Assembly: GCA_050248855.1 (NCBI GenBank)
Contig: JBFWRP010000031.1
Coordinates: forward strand, 1-54,973
Direction: 5' to 3'
Length of the DNA: 54,973 nucleotides
Source: Planctomycetota bacterium
GTDB taxonomy: Bacteria; Planctomycetota; PLA2; JAEUHO01
Below, piece after piece: positions 1 to 8,044 of this stretch. The notes under the pieces are model-generated. The model was not told the origin of the DNA. It saw nothing but the letters and a program-made list of their open reading frames with translations, and ran no database searches. The position numbers and the translations under genes are program-made. How positions within the stretch are numbered: position 1 is the first letter of the stretch; the number at the start of each line of letters is the position of its first letter.

Positions 1-189
1 GCCCGGCTGCGCACCGCCCACATCCGGATGGCACAGGCACCGGCTCGCGCCCTACCCGAGATGATGGCGAGGTTGGTGGCGGACCTGGCCAATCGCGTGC
101 TGCCGGCTCGAAAACGTCGGAGATACGGGCGCGTCGTAAAGGCCCTGCCCGGCAGGTACCCCATCCGAAGGAGGAACCGTGCGGCTTAA
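1..189 (+). CDS. IS4-family transposase, C-terminal fragment (truncated by window start)
   Basis: Frame 1 reads ...ARLVADLANRVLPARKRRRYGRVVKALPGRYPIRRRNRAA*, a basic R..R.Y.RVVK tail typical of IS4-group transposases. The TAA stop lies inside the terminal inverted repeat. Confidence 0.7.
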   Translation, partial: ARLRTAHIRMAQAPARALPEMMARLVADLANRVLPARKRRRYGRVVKALPGRYPIRRRNRAA

Positions 190-202
190 GTCACCGGCAT
201 TG
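1..202 (+). mobile_element. Right end of an IS4-family insertion sequence; terminal IR 185-202
   Basis: CTTAAGTCACCGGCATTG (reverse complement CAATGCCGGTGACTTAAG) closely resembles the E. coli IS4 IR TAATGCCGATCAGTTAAG. The sequence switches abruptly to the repeat at 203. Confidence 0.7.
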
Positions 203-916
203 GTGTCTGACACCGTGCCACCGTCGCTTCGCTCCGAGGCACAGGTTCAGACACCTCCGCGCGCCTCGCGGTTCGCCGGCCGGCGGACGTCGCACTTCGG
301 TGTCTGGTCACTGCACGCTCGTTCCGCGCTCACGCGCGGATTCGGCGCTCGGGCTGTCGCCCTCGCGGCAGGAGGGCTACTCCGTACCCCCCCTGCACCC
401 CTCACGGGGGACGCGGTTCGCTGGCCGGCGCACTGTGGTATCAGAGCGAACCCGGATGTGTCAGGACCCTTGCCGCGGCGCCGCGAAGCGGCAACGTGGG
501 CAAGGTGCCTGACACGCAGGGGACGCGGTTCGCCGGCCGGCGGACTTGGGTATCAAAGCGAACCCGGATGTGTCAGGACCCTTGCCGCGGCGCCGCGAAG
601 CGGCAACGTGGGCAAGGTGCCTGACACGCAGGGGGCGCGGTTCGCTGGCCGGCGGACGTCGCACTTCGGTGTCTGACACCGTGCCACCGTCGCTTCGCTC
701 CGAGGCACAGGTTCAGACACCTCCGCGCGCCTCGCGATTCGCCGGCCGGCGGACGTCGCACTTCGGTGTCTGGTCACTGCATGCTCGTTCCGCGCTCACG
801 CGCGGAGTCGGCGCTCGGGCTGTCGCCCTCGCGGCAGGGGGGCTATTCCGTACCCCTCCTGCACCTCTCACGGTCCCTCCTGCACCCCTCACGGTCCCCC
901 CTGCACCTCTCACGGT
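203..916. repeat. Mosaic REP/BIME-like palindromic repeat cluster
   Basis: A ~205-bp block at 203-407 is repeated at 669-873, and a ~112-bp unit occurs in tandem at ~407-655. Units are imperfect hairpins bounded by GTGTCTGA...TCAGACAC or GTGTCAGG...CCTGACAC. A 21-bp unit occurs three times at 854-916. Confidence 0.85.
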
Positions 917-953
917 GGGACCGGGCATCTGACGAGCCGGACGTCCCTACCGG

Positions 954-3032
954 CTAGGCACGCACGTCCTGGAGATGGACGAGGTCGGCGTAGACGCCGC
1001 CCTGGGCGACGAGCTCGTCGTGGGTGCCGCGCTCGACGATGCGGCCTTGGTCCAGGACGAGGATCAGGTTGGCGCTGCGGATGGTGCTCAAGCGGTGGGC
1101 GACGACGAGCGTGGTGCGGCCCTTGCGCAGCACCTCCAAGGCGTCTTGGACGGCGCGCTCGCTGGCCGTGTCGAGGCTCGCCGTGGCCTCGTCCAGCACG
1201 AGGATGTCGGGATCTCGAAGCAGGGCGCGGGCGATCGTGAGCCGCTGGCGCTGGCCACCGGAAAGCCGCACGCCGTCCTCGCCGACGACCTCGTCGTAGC
1301 CCGCGGGCTGGCTCGCCACGAAATCGTGGATGAACGCGGCCCGGGCGGCCGCTTCCACTTGCTCCTGCGTGGCGTCGGGGCGCCCTTCGAGCAGGTTGTC
1401 GCGGATCGAGGCGTGGAAGAGGAACGGGGTCTGGGTGACGATCGCCGTCTTCGCCAGGTAGCTGGCGCGCTTCCAGGCGCCCAGTGGCCGACCGTCCACC
1501 AGGAGGCGACCGCTGTCCGGCTCGTAGAAGCGCAGCACGAGGTCGCAGATCGTCGACTTGCCGGCGCCGGACGGGCCCACCAACGCCACCGTGTGCCCGC
1601 GCGGGATCTCGAACGACACGCCGCGCAGCACGGGGCGGTCGTTCTCGTACTGGAAGCCCACGTCCTCGAAGCGGATCCCATCGCGCAAGCCCTCGAAGTC
1701 GATCGCGTCGGCGGGGTCCGGCGGCGAGGCCGGCAGGTCGAGGTACTCCGTGGCGCGCTCGATGCTCGCCATGTTCTCGAGCAGCACGTTGTTCTGGCGC
1801 ACGAGGCGTTTGATCGGCTGGTACATCTGCGCCGCGAGCGCCATGAACACCAGGAGCTCGCCGGGCGTGACCGTGAGCACGCCGCGCAAGATCAGGAAGC
1901 CACCGCCGACGGCCAGCAACATGGCCAGGAAGTTGTTGATGAAGTCCACGAGCGCCGACGCCGTGGCCTTCGTCCGCACGAGGCGCATCGACTGCTTCGT
2001 GACCTGCTCGTCGGTCGCGCGGAAGGCGCGGGCGCGCGCCTCCTCGGAGTGGTAGGCCTTCACGGTACGGATGCCCGAGAAGATCTGCAGCAGGGACTCG
2101 ACCAGGCGTACGCCCTCCTTCTGACGTCGGTGCGCCCGCTTCAACGTGCGCCGGCTCAGCCGCCGCATGGGCCCCAGGAAGGGCAGACCCAGCAGGCAGA
2201 GGAGCATCAGCTTGGGCGAGAGCAGGGTCATGGCCACGGCCAGCGTGCCCACCTCGATGGCGCTCTTGGGCAGCGTCGAGAGCATGACCTGCAGGGCCGT
2301 CGTGTAGCCGCCGACGTCGCCGAGCGAGCGCTGCACCAGCTCGCCGCGCGGCTGGCGGTCGAAGAAGCCGATGGGCTGGTCCAGCAGCTTGCGGCACATC
2401 CTCTCGCGGACGTCCATGACGATCTGGTGCTGGGCCCACGCGCTGAACCAGGCCTCGCCGTACGTGGCGGCCGCCATGAGCGCGGTGAACAGGACGAACG
2501 CCAGGAACACGGTGATCAGCGTGGCGTAGCGGTCGCGGTAGGAAGCGCGTTCGAGCTCCGCGGCGCGCTGGGCCTTGGCCAGTCGCTCCTCGGGCGTGTC
2601 GCGCGGGTCGCTGTGCCGCTTCAGGTCCTCGTCGACCTCCTCCCAGGTCGTGGGCACGTCCGGTAGCCAGCTGTCGCGGACGAGATGGCCGGTCCAGCCG
2701 TTGACCTGGCTCACGGCGCCATCGAGCAGCTCCGACGCCGCGCCGCCCGTGCTCCGCGCCGTGTCGAGCACGGCCCGCGCCTTGCGGTCGCTCTCCGAGA
2801 GCGCTTCGGGGTCCGCGCGGGCCAGGGTGGTCTCGGCGTCCAGGACCCGCGTCACGATGGGCAGGACCATCAGCAACCGGCCCAGCGAGAAGGCCGACTG
2901 GACGCTCATCAGCAGGAAGCCGATCACGATCGGCTTGAGGTAGGGACGGGCGTGGCGCAGGACGTGGCGGAGGTTGCCGACGTAGCGCGACCAGGCAATG
3001 CGGTCGCTCGCCTTCCGTTCGCGTCGGCCCAT
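954..3032 (-). CDS. ABC transporter permease/ATP-binding protein (MsbA-like exporter), 692 aa
   Basis: N-terminal TM domain, Walker A GPSGAGKST, signature LSGGQRQR, Walker B ILVLDEATASLD and H-loop VVAHRLS. ATG at 3032 is preceded by GAGGA. Confidence 0.9.
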   Translation of the reverse strand: MGRRERKASDRIAWSRYVGNLRHVLRHARPYLKPIVIGFLLMSVQSAFSLGRLLMVLPIVTRVLDAETTLARADPEALSESDRKARAVLDTARSTGGAASELLDGAVSQVNGWTGHLVRDSWLPDVPTTWEEVDEDLKRHSDPRDTPEERLAKAQRAAELERASYRDRYATLITVFLAFVLFTALMAAATYGEAWFSAWAQHQIVMDVRERMCRKLLDQPIGFFDRQPRGELVQRSLGDVGGYTTALQVMLSTLPKSAIEVGTLAVAMTLLSPKLMLLCLLGLPFLGPMRRLSRRTLKRAHRRQKEGVRLVESLLQIFSGIRTVKAYHSEEARARAFRATDEQVTKQSMRLVRTKATASALVDFINNFLAMLLAVGGGFLILRGVLTVTPGELLVFMALAAQMYQPIKRLVRQNNVLLENMASIERATEYLDLPASPPDPADAIDFEGLRDGIRFEDVGFQYENDRPVLRGVSFEIPRGHTVALVGPSGAGKSTICDLVLRFYEPDSGRLLVDGRPLGAWKRASYLAKTAIVTQTPFLFHASIRDNLLEGRPDATQEQVEAAARAAFIHDFVASQPAGYDEVVGEDGVRLSGGQRQRLTIARALLRDPDILVLDEATASLDTASERAVQDALEVLRKGRTTLVVAHRLSTIRSANLILVLDQGRIVERGTHDELVAQGGVYADLVHLQDVRA

Positions 3033-3236
3033 GCGTCCTCGTGCCACCCCCGGGCAGGGCGTCGGCCCCCCGTGGCGCCACCCTAACCGCGCCGAGCCGG
3101 CTCTCCCACGCCCGCCGCGCGCGTCCGCGTGCCCCGTCATGGACGTGTCGCGGTGGGAGGGGCCGCGGCCCGTTGACCGCCTGTGCCAAGGGGTGTATTC
3201 CAACCCTCCCGGTTCCCCGGACGGAGGAGGCAGCGC

Positions 3237-5267
3237 ATGGCGCACCAGCCCGATGACGTACGCGACGTGGTCCTGATCGGTGCGGGTGGCTCCGGCAAGA
3301 CCACCCTCACCGAGGCCCTGCTCTTCAAGACGAAGACGATCACGCGGCGGGGCAGCGTTGCCGAGCGCAACACGGTCACGGACTGGGACGAGGAGGAGAA
3401 GGAGCGCCAGCATTCCTTCCTCGCCAGCGCCGTGCACATGACGTGGAAGGACCACCGCATCAACCTGATCGACACGCCCGGGGCGCTCGACTTCCTGGGC
3501 GAGGCCATCTGCGGCATGGCGGCCTGCGAAACGGCCTTCCTCTGTGTCAACGCCCACGACGGCGTGGGCGTGGCGGCCCGTCGGCAGTTCCGCGCCGCGC
3601 GCGACCAGGGCCTGGCCGTCGTGGTCGTCATCACGCGGACCGACACGGACAACGTGGACGGCGAGAGCCTGCACCTCGCCATCCAGACCACGCTGGGCGA
3701 GCGCGCCGTTCCGCTCAACCTCCCCGACAGGTTCGGCACGGGCATCTCGGCCGTGTACGACGTCTTCGCCGACGACGTCCCCGAGAACCTCGGGAAGCTG
3801 GCGGCGTCGTACCGCCAGCAGGCCATCGACCGCGTCGTCGAGTGCGACGACGAGCTCCTCGAGCGCTACTTCTCCACGGGCAAGGTCAGCAAGGAGGAGC
3901 TGGCGGACGCGTTCCCGCGCGCCCTGCGGCAGGGCAACATCGTCCCCATCCTGCACGTGGCCGTCGACCACGACGTGGGCCTGCAGAAGCTGCTCGACTT
4001 CCTCGTGGCCGACTGTCCCTCCCCGCACCTGCGCCGCGGCACGGTCCTGCGCAAGGCCGAGCGCAACGGCGAGATCGTCGACGTGCGCATGGACGGCCCC
4101 TTCTCGGCCCAGGTGTGGAAGCTCCACGTGGATCCCCACATCGGGAAGGTCGCCCACTTGCGGGTCTGGACGGGCCGGCTTCCCAGCAAGTCCTCGATCG
4201 TGGTCGCGCGCACCGGCGAGACGGAACGCATCGGCGACTTGCAGGAGGTCCAGGGCAAGGACATGAAGCCGATCGCCTCGGCCGGCCCCGGCGACCTCGT
4301 CGCGGTCCCCAAGGTGGACCACATCCGCGTCGGCGACACGGTGCACGACGGGCATGCAGACTGGTCGTTCGTGCCGATTCCCACGCCCTACCCCAAGGTG
4401 ACGCTTGCGGTGGTCCCCAAGAACCGGAACGACGAGACCCGCCTGGGCCCCGAGCTGGCGCGCCTGGCCGACGCCGACCCCACGTTCATCGCCGAGCGCG
4501 AGAAGGGCACCGGCGAGATGGTCGTGCGGGGCTTGAGCCCCCTGCACCTGGACGTCGTGCTGCGTCGCCTGGCGCGCAAGAAGGTCGAGGCCGTGACGCA
4601 CGCGCCGCGCATCCCCTACCTCGAGACGGTCACGGGACGTGGCGAGGCCATGTTCCGGCACAAGAAGCAGTCCGGCGGACGCGGCCAGTTCGCCGAAGTG
4701 CACCTGCGCGTGGCCCCCAAGACGCGCGGGGAGGGCTTCGAGTTCGTCGACGAGGTCGTGGGTGGGACCATCCCGCGCCAGTTCATCCCCGCCGTCGAGA
4801 AGGGCATCGTCGAGCAGTGCGAGAAGGGCGTGCTCGCCGGGTACCCGTTCGTGGACGTGGCCGCGACCGTGCACTTCGGGAAGTTCCACGACGTGGACAG
4901 CGACGAGTTCAGCTTCAAGCTGGCCAGCCGCCAGGCCTTCCGCTTGGCCGTGAAGAACGCGCGACCGGCCCTGCTCGAGCCCATCCTCAAGGTGGACATC
5001 GAGGTTCCTGCCCGCTTCCTCGGCGACATCTCGGGCGACTTGAACAGCCGTCGTGGTCGCATCATGAACATGGGCCAAGAGGGCGATCTCGCCCACATCG
5101 AAGCCCAGGTCCCGCTCGCCGAGATGACGCAGTACAGCACCGAGCTGCGCTCCATCACGGCGGGCGAGGGCGACTACTCGTTCGTGTTCGACCACTACGA
5201 CGTGGTGCCGCCTCACCTGGCCGAGGCCATCATGGCGGCGGCCGCGAAGGACGCGGAGGAGGATTGA
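3237..5267 (+). CDS. Elongation factor G-like protein (EF-G2 paralogue), 676 aa
   Basis: GAGGSGKTT, INLIDTPG, PRIPYLET, HKKQSGGRGQFAEV, GKFHDVDSDEFSFK, LLEPI, GDLNSRRGRI, YSTELRSIT. RBS GGAGGAGG precedes the ATG. Confidence 0.92.
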   Translation: MAHQPDDVRDVVLIGAGGSGKTTLTEALLFKTKTITRRGSVAERNTVTDWDEEEKERQHSFLASAVHMTWKDHRINLIDTPGALDFLGEAICGMAACETAFLCVNAHDGVGVAARRQFRAARDQGLAVVVVITRTDTDNVDGESLHLAIQTTLGERAVPLNLPDRFGTGISAVYDVFADDVPENLGKLAASYRQQAIDRVVECDDELLERYFSTGKVSKEELADAFPRALRQGNIVPILHVAVDHDVGLQKLLDFLVADCPSPHLRRGTVLRKAERNGEIVDVRMDGPFSAQVWKLHVDPHIGKVAHLRVWTGRLPSKSSIVVARTGETERIGDLQEVQGKDMKPIASAGPGDLVAVPKVDHIRVGDTVHDGHADWSFVPIPTPYPKVTLAVVPKNRNDETRLGPELARLADADPTFIAEREKGTGEMVVRGLSPLHLDVVLRRLARKKVEAVTHAPRIPYLETVTGRGEAMFRHKKQSGGRGQFAEVHLRVAPKTRGEGFEFVDEVVGGTIPRQFIPAVEKGIVEQCEKGVLAGYPFVDVAATVHFGKFHDVDSDEFSFKLASRQAFRLAVKNARPALLEPILKVDIEVPARFLGDISGDLNSRRGRIMNMGQEGDLAHIEAQVPLAEMTQYSTELRSITAGEGDYSFVFDHYDVVPPHLAEAIMAAAAKDAEED

Positions 5268-6631
5268 GCACGGCCGCCCACGCGTGGCGGCGGCGGCTCG
5301 TGGGCGCCGCCGCCGTCCTCGGCCTGTTGGCCGGGCACGGCGCGTGGGTCCCCGTCGGCGCGGGGGACGACGACCCGCCGCCCGTGCCCGTGGAGCACGA
5401 AGGGGCGGACGTGGATGCCGACCTTGCGCGGTGGACGCGCGAGCTGGCCTCGACCTCCTACGCGGTGCGCGAGAACGCGCGACGTCGCCTGGCCGAGCAC
5501 CTGGAGGCCGCGCGGGCGCGCCTGGAGGCCCTGCGCGAGCACCCCGACGCGGAGGTACGCCGGGCCGTCGAGGAGCTGCTCGCCGGCACCGGGACGCGGG
5601 CCGCGTCGACGGAGACGGCGGAGCCGACGTCCGGCGTGGATGCGGCCAGGCTCGGCGCCTTCGACGAAGCGTCGGGCACGGCGGACGTCGCGGAGCGCCT
5701 GGATGCCGTGGTCCGCAGCGTCGGCGGCCAGGTGGCGTGGCCTGGGGATCGTCCCGAACAGCTCGCGCTGGTGACGGACGAGGGCCTGCCCTTCTGGACC
5801 TTGGTCGACCGGCTGGCCGCGGCGGGGGACGCACGCCCGGCCGAGTCGTTCGACGCCCTGGGGCTGCTGCGGCTCGCCCGCCCGCCCGTCGCCGTCGGCA
5901 CCGTTCCCACCGTGGACGTCGGCCTGTTCCGCGCTCGCATCGTGGAGGTGACGCGCACCCGCGTGCTCGGCGCCCCGCCTGGCGGCGTGCCCGCGTCGTT
6001 CGCCGTGCAGGTGGCCTGGGCGCCTGCCATCGAGGTGCGCCAGCTGACGAGCCCGCGCTTGGTCGAAGCCCGCGACGAGGCGGGCAACGCGTGGCGCACC
6101 GCCCAGCGCGGCATCACGCGCATGGGCCTGTCCGCGGCCTCCGGCTCGGCGCGCATCCCCCTCGTGGTGGAGCCCGAGGGCGAGCACGACGGCGGGCGCC
6201 TCGCGATCCTGGACCTCGAGATTCCCCTCACCGTCCGTCACGGGCGCAGCGAGCTGCTCGTGGACGCGGGCGCGAAGCTGCCGTCGGCCGTGGACGCGAG
6301 CGGAGCTCCAGCGGAGCCCGACGTGGCCGTGCTGCGCGTGCTCACGCTGGGCGAGGAACGCCCGGGCAGCGGCACGTGGCTGGCGGAAGCCGTCGTGCGC
6401 CTGCCCGAGGGCAGGTCGGCCAGTGCGGGGTTGTTGCTCGTGGACGCCACGGGACGGGCCGTGCGCATGCACGTGGCCGCGGGTCGCGTCGCGAGCGCCG
6501 ACGGCTCGCTGCACGTCACCGGTCGGGCGTGGCGCGTGGAGGGTCCGCCCCGGCAGATCGGCGTGGCGTGGTTTGACCACGAGGAGGCGGCCACGCTGCG
6601 CGTGCGCTTCGCCGACGTGCCCCTGCGCTGA
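5264..6631 (+). CDS. Secreted hypothetical protein with N-terminal HEAT-like helices, 455 aa
   Basis: TTG start overlaps the EF-G stop after GGAGG. A signal-peptide-like N-terminus is followed by HEAT-like LASTSYAVRENARRRL...HPDAEVRRAVEELL and beta-rich domains. Confidence 0.7.
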   Translation: MSTAAHAWRRRLVGAAAVLGLLAGHGAWVPVGAGDDDPPPVPVEHEGADVDADLARWTRELASTSYAVRENARRRLAEHLEAARARLEALREHPDAEVRRAVEELLAGTGTRAASTETAEPTSGVDAARLGAFDEASGTADVAERLDAVVRSVGGQVAWPGDRPEQLALVTDEGLPFWTLVDRLAAAGDARPAESFDALGLLRLARPPVAVGTVPTVDVGLFRARIVEVTRTRVLGAPPGGVPASFAVQVAWAPAIEVRQLTSPRLVEARDEAGNAWRTAQRGITRMGLSAASGSARIPLVVEPEGEHDGGRLAILDLEIPLTVRHGRSELLVDAGAKLPSAVDASGAPAEPDVAVLRVLTLGEERPGSGTWLAEAVVRLPEGRSASAGLLLVDATGRAVRMHVAAGRVASADGSLHVTGRAWRVEGPPRQIGVAWFDHEEAATLRVRFADVPLR

Positions 6632-6659
6632 TGACCCCTGGACGCCCTGGAGGCAGCTG

Positions 6660-7643
6660 ATGAACGCGACGTGGTCGTTGTACCGACGGGCAACCGCGGT
6701 CCTGGCGGCGGGCCTGCTGATGGGGGCAGGGCTGGTGGGCCTGGAAGCAGGCCCGCGCAAGGAGCCGAGCTCGCTGCGCTACCAGCGGACCTACGAGGAC
6801 GCGATGCTCGAAGCGCGCCTGCGCGGCGTGCCGATCTGGTTCTCGCGGCACAAGGACGGCTGAGGCCGCTGCACGCGGCAGCGCCGGTCGGTGCTGGACG
6901 ACAAGGGCTTCCAGGCGTGGGCGGGCGAGCACGTGGTCGTCCTGGTGGCCCACAACGAGCTGGGCCACGACGAGGTCGAGGTCACCGAGGAGGGGCCCGA
7001 CGGCGTGCCGGTCGTGGTGCGGCGTTGCCCGCTCTACCCCGGTCTGTCGTGTCGTGACCACCTCGACATCGAGGTCTCGGTGACCAACAGCCGCGAGGCT
7101 CACCTGCCGCGCGTGCCGTTCGTCGAGCTGTGCCCGAACAGCTGGTGGATCCTGCCCTATCGGGGGCTGGCCGATGTCTCCGGCGAGTCCGAGGGCGAGC
7201 ACGCGGTGGGCATCGACGAGGACGCCCAGTTCACGCCGAAGGGCATCCGCGCGTCCCACGCCGACGTCCAGGCGCGCCTCGGCACGCCGCTCTCCGCCGC
7301 GGTGGCGGCGACGATGCTCGCACCGGCGCGGGCCTTCGAGGATCACCTCGACGAAGAGCGCTACGGAGAGGCCCTGGCGGCACTGGCCGACGTCGAAGCG
7401 CGCGCGCGCAAGGGCCTCGCCGGCGCCAAGGGTGCGAGCCTGCCCGCGAGTCTCGTGGCCTGGTTGCAGGAGAAGCGCGACGACCTCGACGGCGACGTGG
7501 AGACCAAGCTCGAGGACCTGGCAAGCGACGGCGACGTGGAGGGCGTGAAGGCACTTCGACGCGCCCTCGAGCCCCTCGTGCTCGGCGTGCCTCTCCCTTC
7601 ACGGGCGGCCGTGGACGCCTGGCTGGCCGACCCCCCGAAGTAG
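6660..7643 (+). CDS. Secreted thioredoxin-fold selenoprotein (UxxC), 327 aa, Sec at codon 68
   Basis: GGAGG RBS and ATG at 6660, then a signal peptide and YQRTYEDAMLEARLRGVPIWFSRHKDG-TGA-GRC. The same frame continues for 259 further codons (VLDDKGFQAWAGEHVVVLVAH...). A SECIS-like hairpin follows the TGA. Confidence 0.8.
6879..6896 (+). promoter_or_regulatory. Candidate bacterial SECIS hairpin
   Basis: CAGCGCC-GGTC-GGTGCTG forms a 7-bp stem (one G-U pair) with a GGUC loop 22 nt after the TGA. The loop resembles the E. coli fdhF SECIS loop AGGUCU. Confidence 0.6.
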
Positions 7644-7692
7644 GGGCCGGCGGGACGGTCGAGAGGCCCCGGTGGCGGGTATGCTCGCGCCG

Positions 7693-8040
7693 GTGGACGG
7701 CCCCTCCCTGCCTCCCGTGATCGCCGGGCGGAGTGCCCTGCCGGTCTTCCTCGACGTCGAGCGCCAGGCGGAGGCCCGCGTGGCCGCCGAGCGCGGCGCC
7801 GCCGTGCGCGAGCGCGAGGAGGCGGCGCGTCGCGCGGAGGCGATCCGGCGGGAGGGCGAGGCGGCGCTCGAGGCCGAGGTGCTGGCGGGCGAGGCCGAGG
7901 CGCTGCGCGAGGTCGAGGACCGCACGCGTGCCCGCGTGGCGGACGCCCACCGGGCCCTGGCCCGCTGGACGCACGCCCAGGAGGCCCGCCTGGACGTCCT
8001 CGTGGCCGCGATCGTCGAGCGGCTGGCCGGAGCGGAGTAG
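7693..8040 (+). CDS. V/A-type ATPase subunit G/H-like coiled-coil protein
   Basis: About 115 aa of A/E/R-rich helix (VERQAEARVAAERGAAVREREEAARRAEAIRREGE...LVAAIVERLAG), placed just before subunit I as in G-I-K-E operons. The start could be 7672, 7681 or 7693. Confidence 0.6.
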   Translation: MDGPSLPPVIAGRSALPVFLDVERQAEARVAAERGAAVREREEAARRAEAIRREGEAALEAEVLAGEAEALREVEDRTRARVADAHRALARWTHAQEARLDVLVAAIVERLAGAE

Positions 8041-8044
8041 CCCC

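Noticed and set aside
179..957. ORFs 179..676, 546..932 and 53983..54666 as a paralogous protein family
   Set aside because: They are translations of the non-coding repeat modules, with no RBS or codon bias.
3173..3201. Sigma70 promoter TTGACC-N17-TATTCC for the EF-G paralogue
   Set aside because: Spacing is plausible but the -10 lacks the conserved final T, so it is too weak to list as a feature.
3237..5267. SelB, given the nearby selenoprotein
   Set aside because: It has EF-G domains III-V and no SelB winged-helix C-terminus.
3033..5834. 1626-aa minus-strand ORF as an extended ABC transporter
   Set aside because: The extension is the antisense shadow of EF-G; the real start is at 3032 with an RBS.
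6660..7643. Pseudogene or two separate genes
   Set aside because: The stop falls exactly at the redox Cys position with a SECIS-like hairpin, and the downstream part lacks its own RBS and signal peptide.
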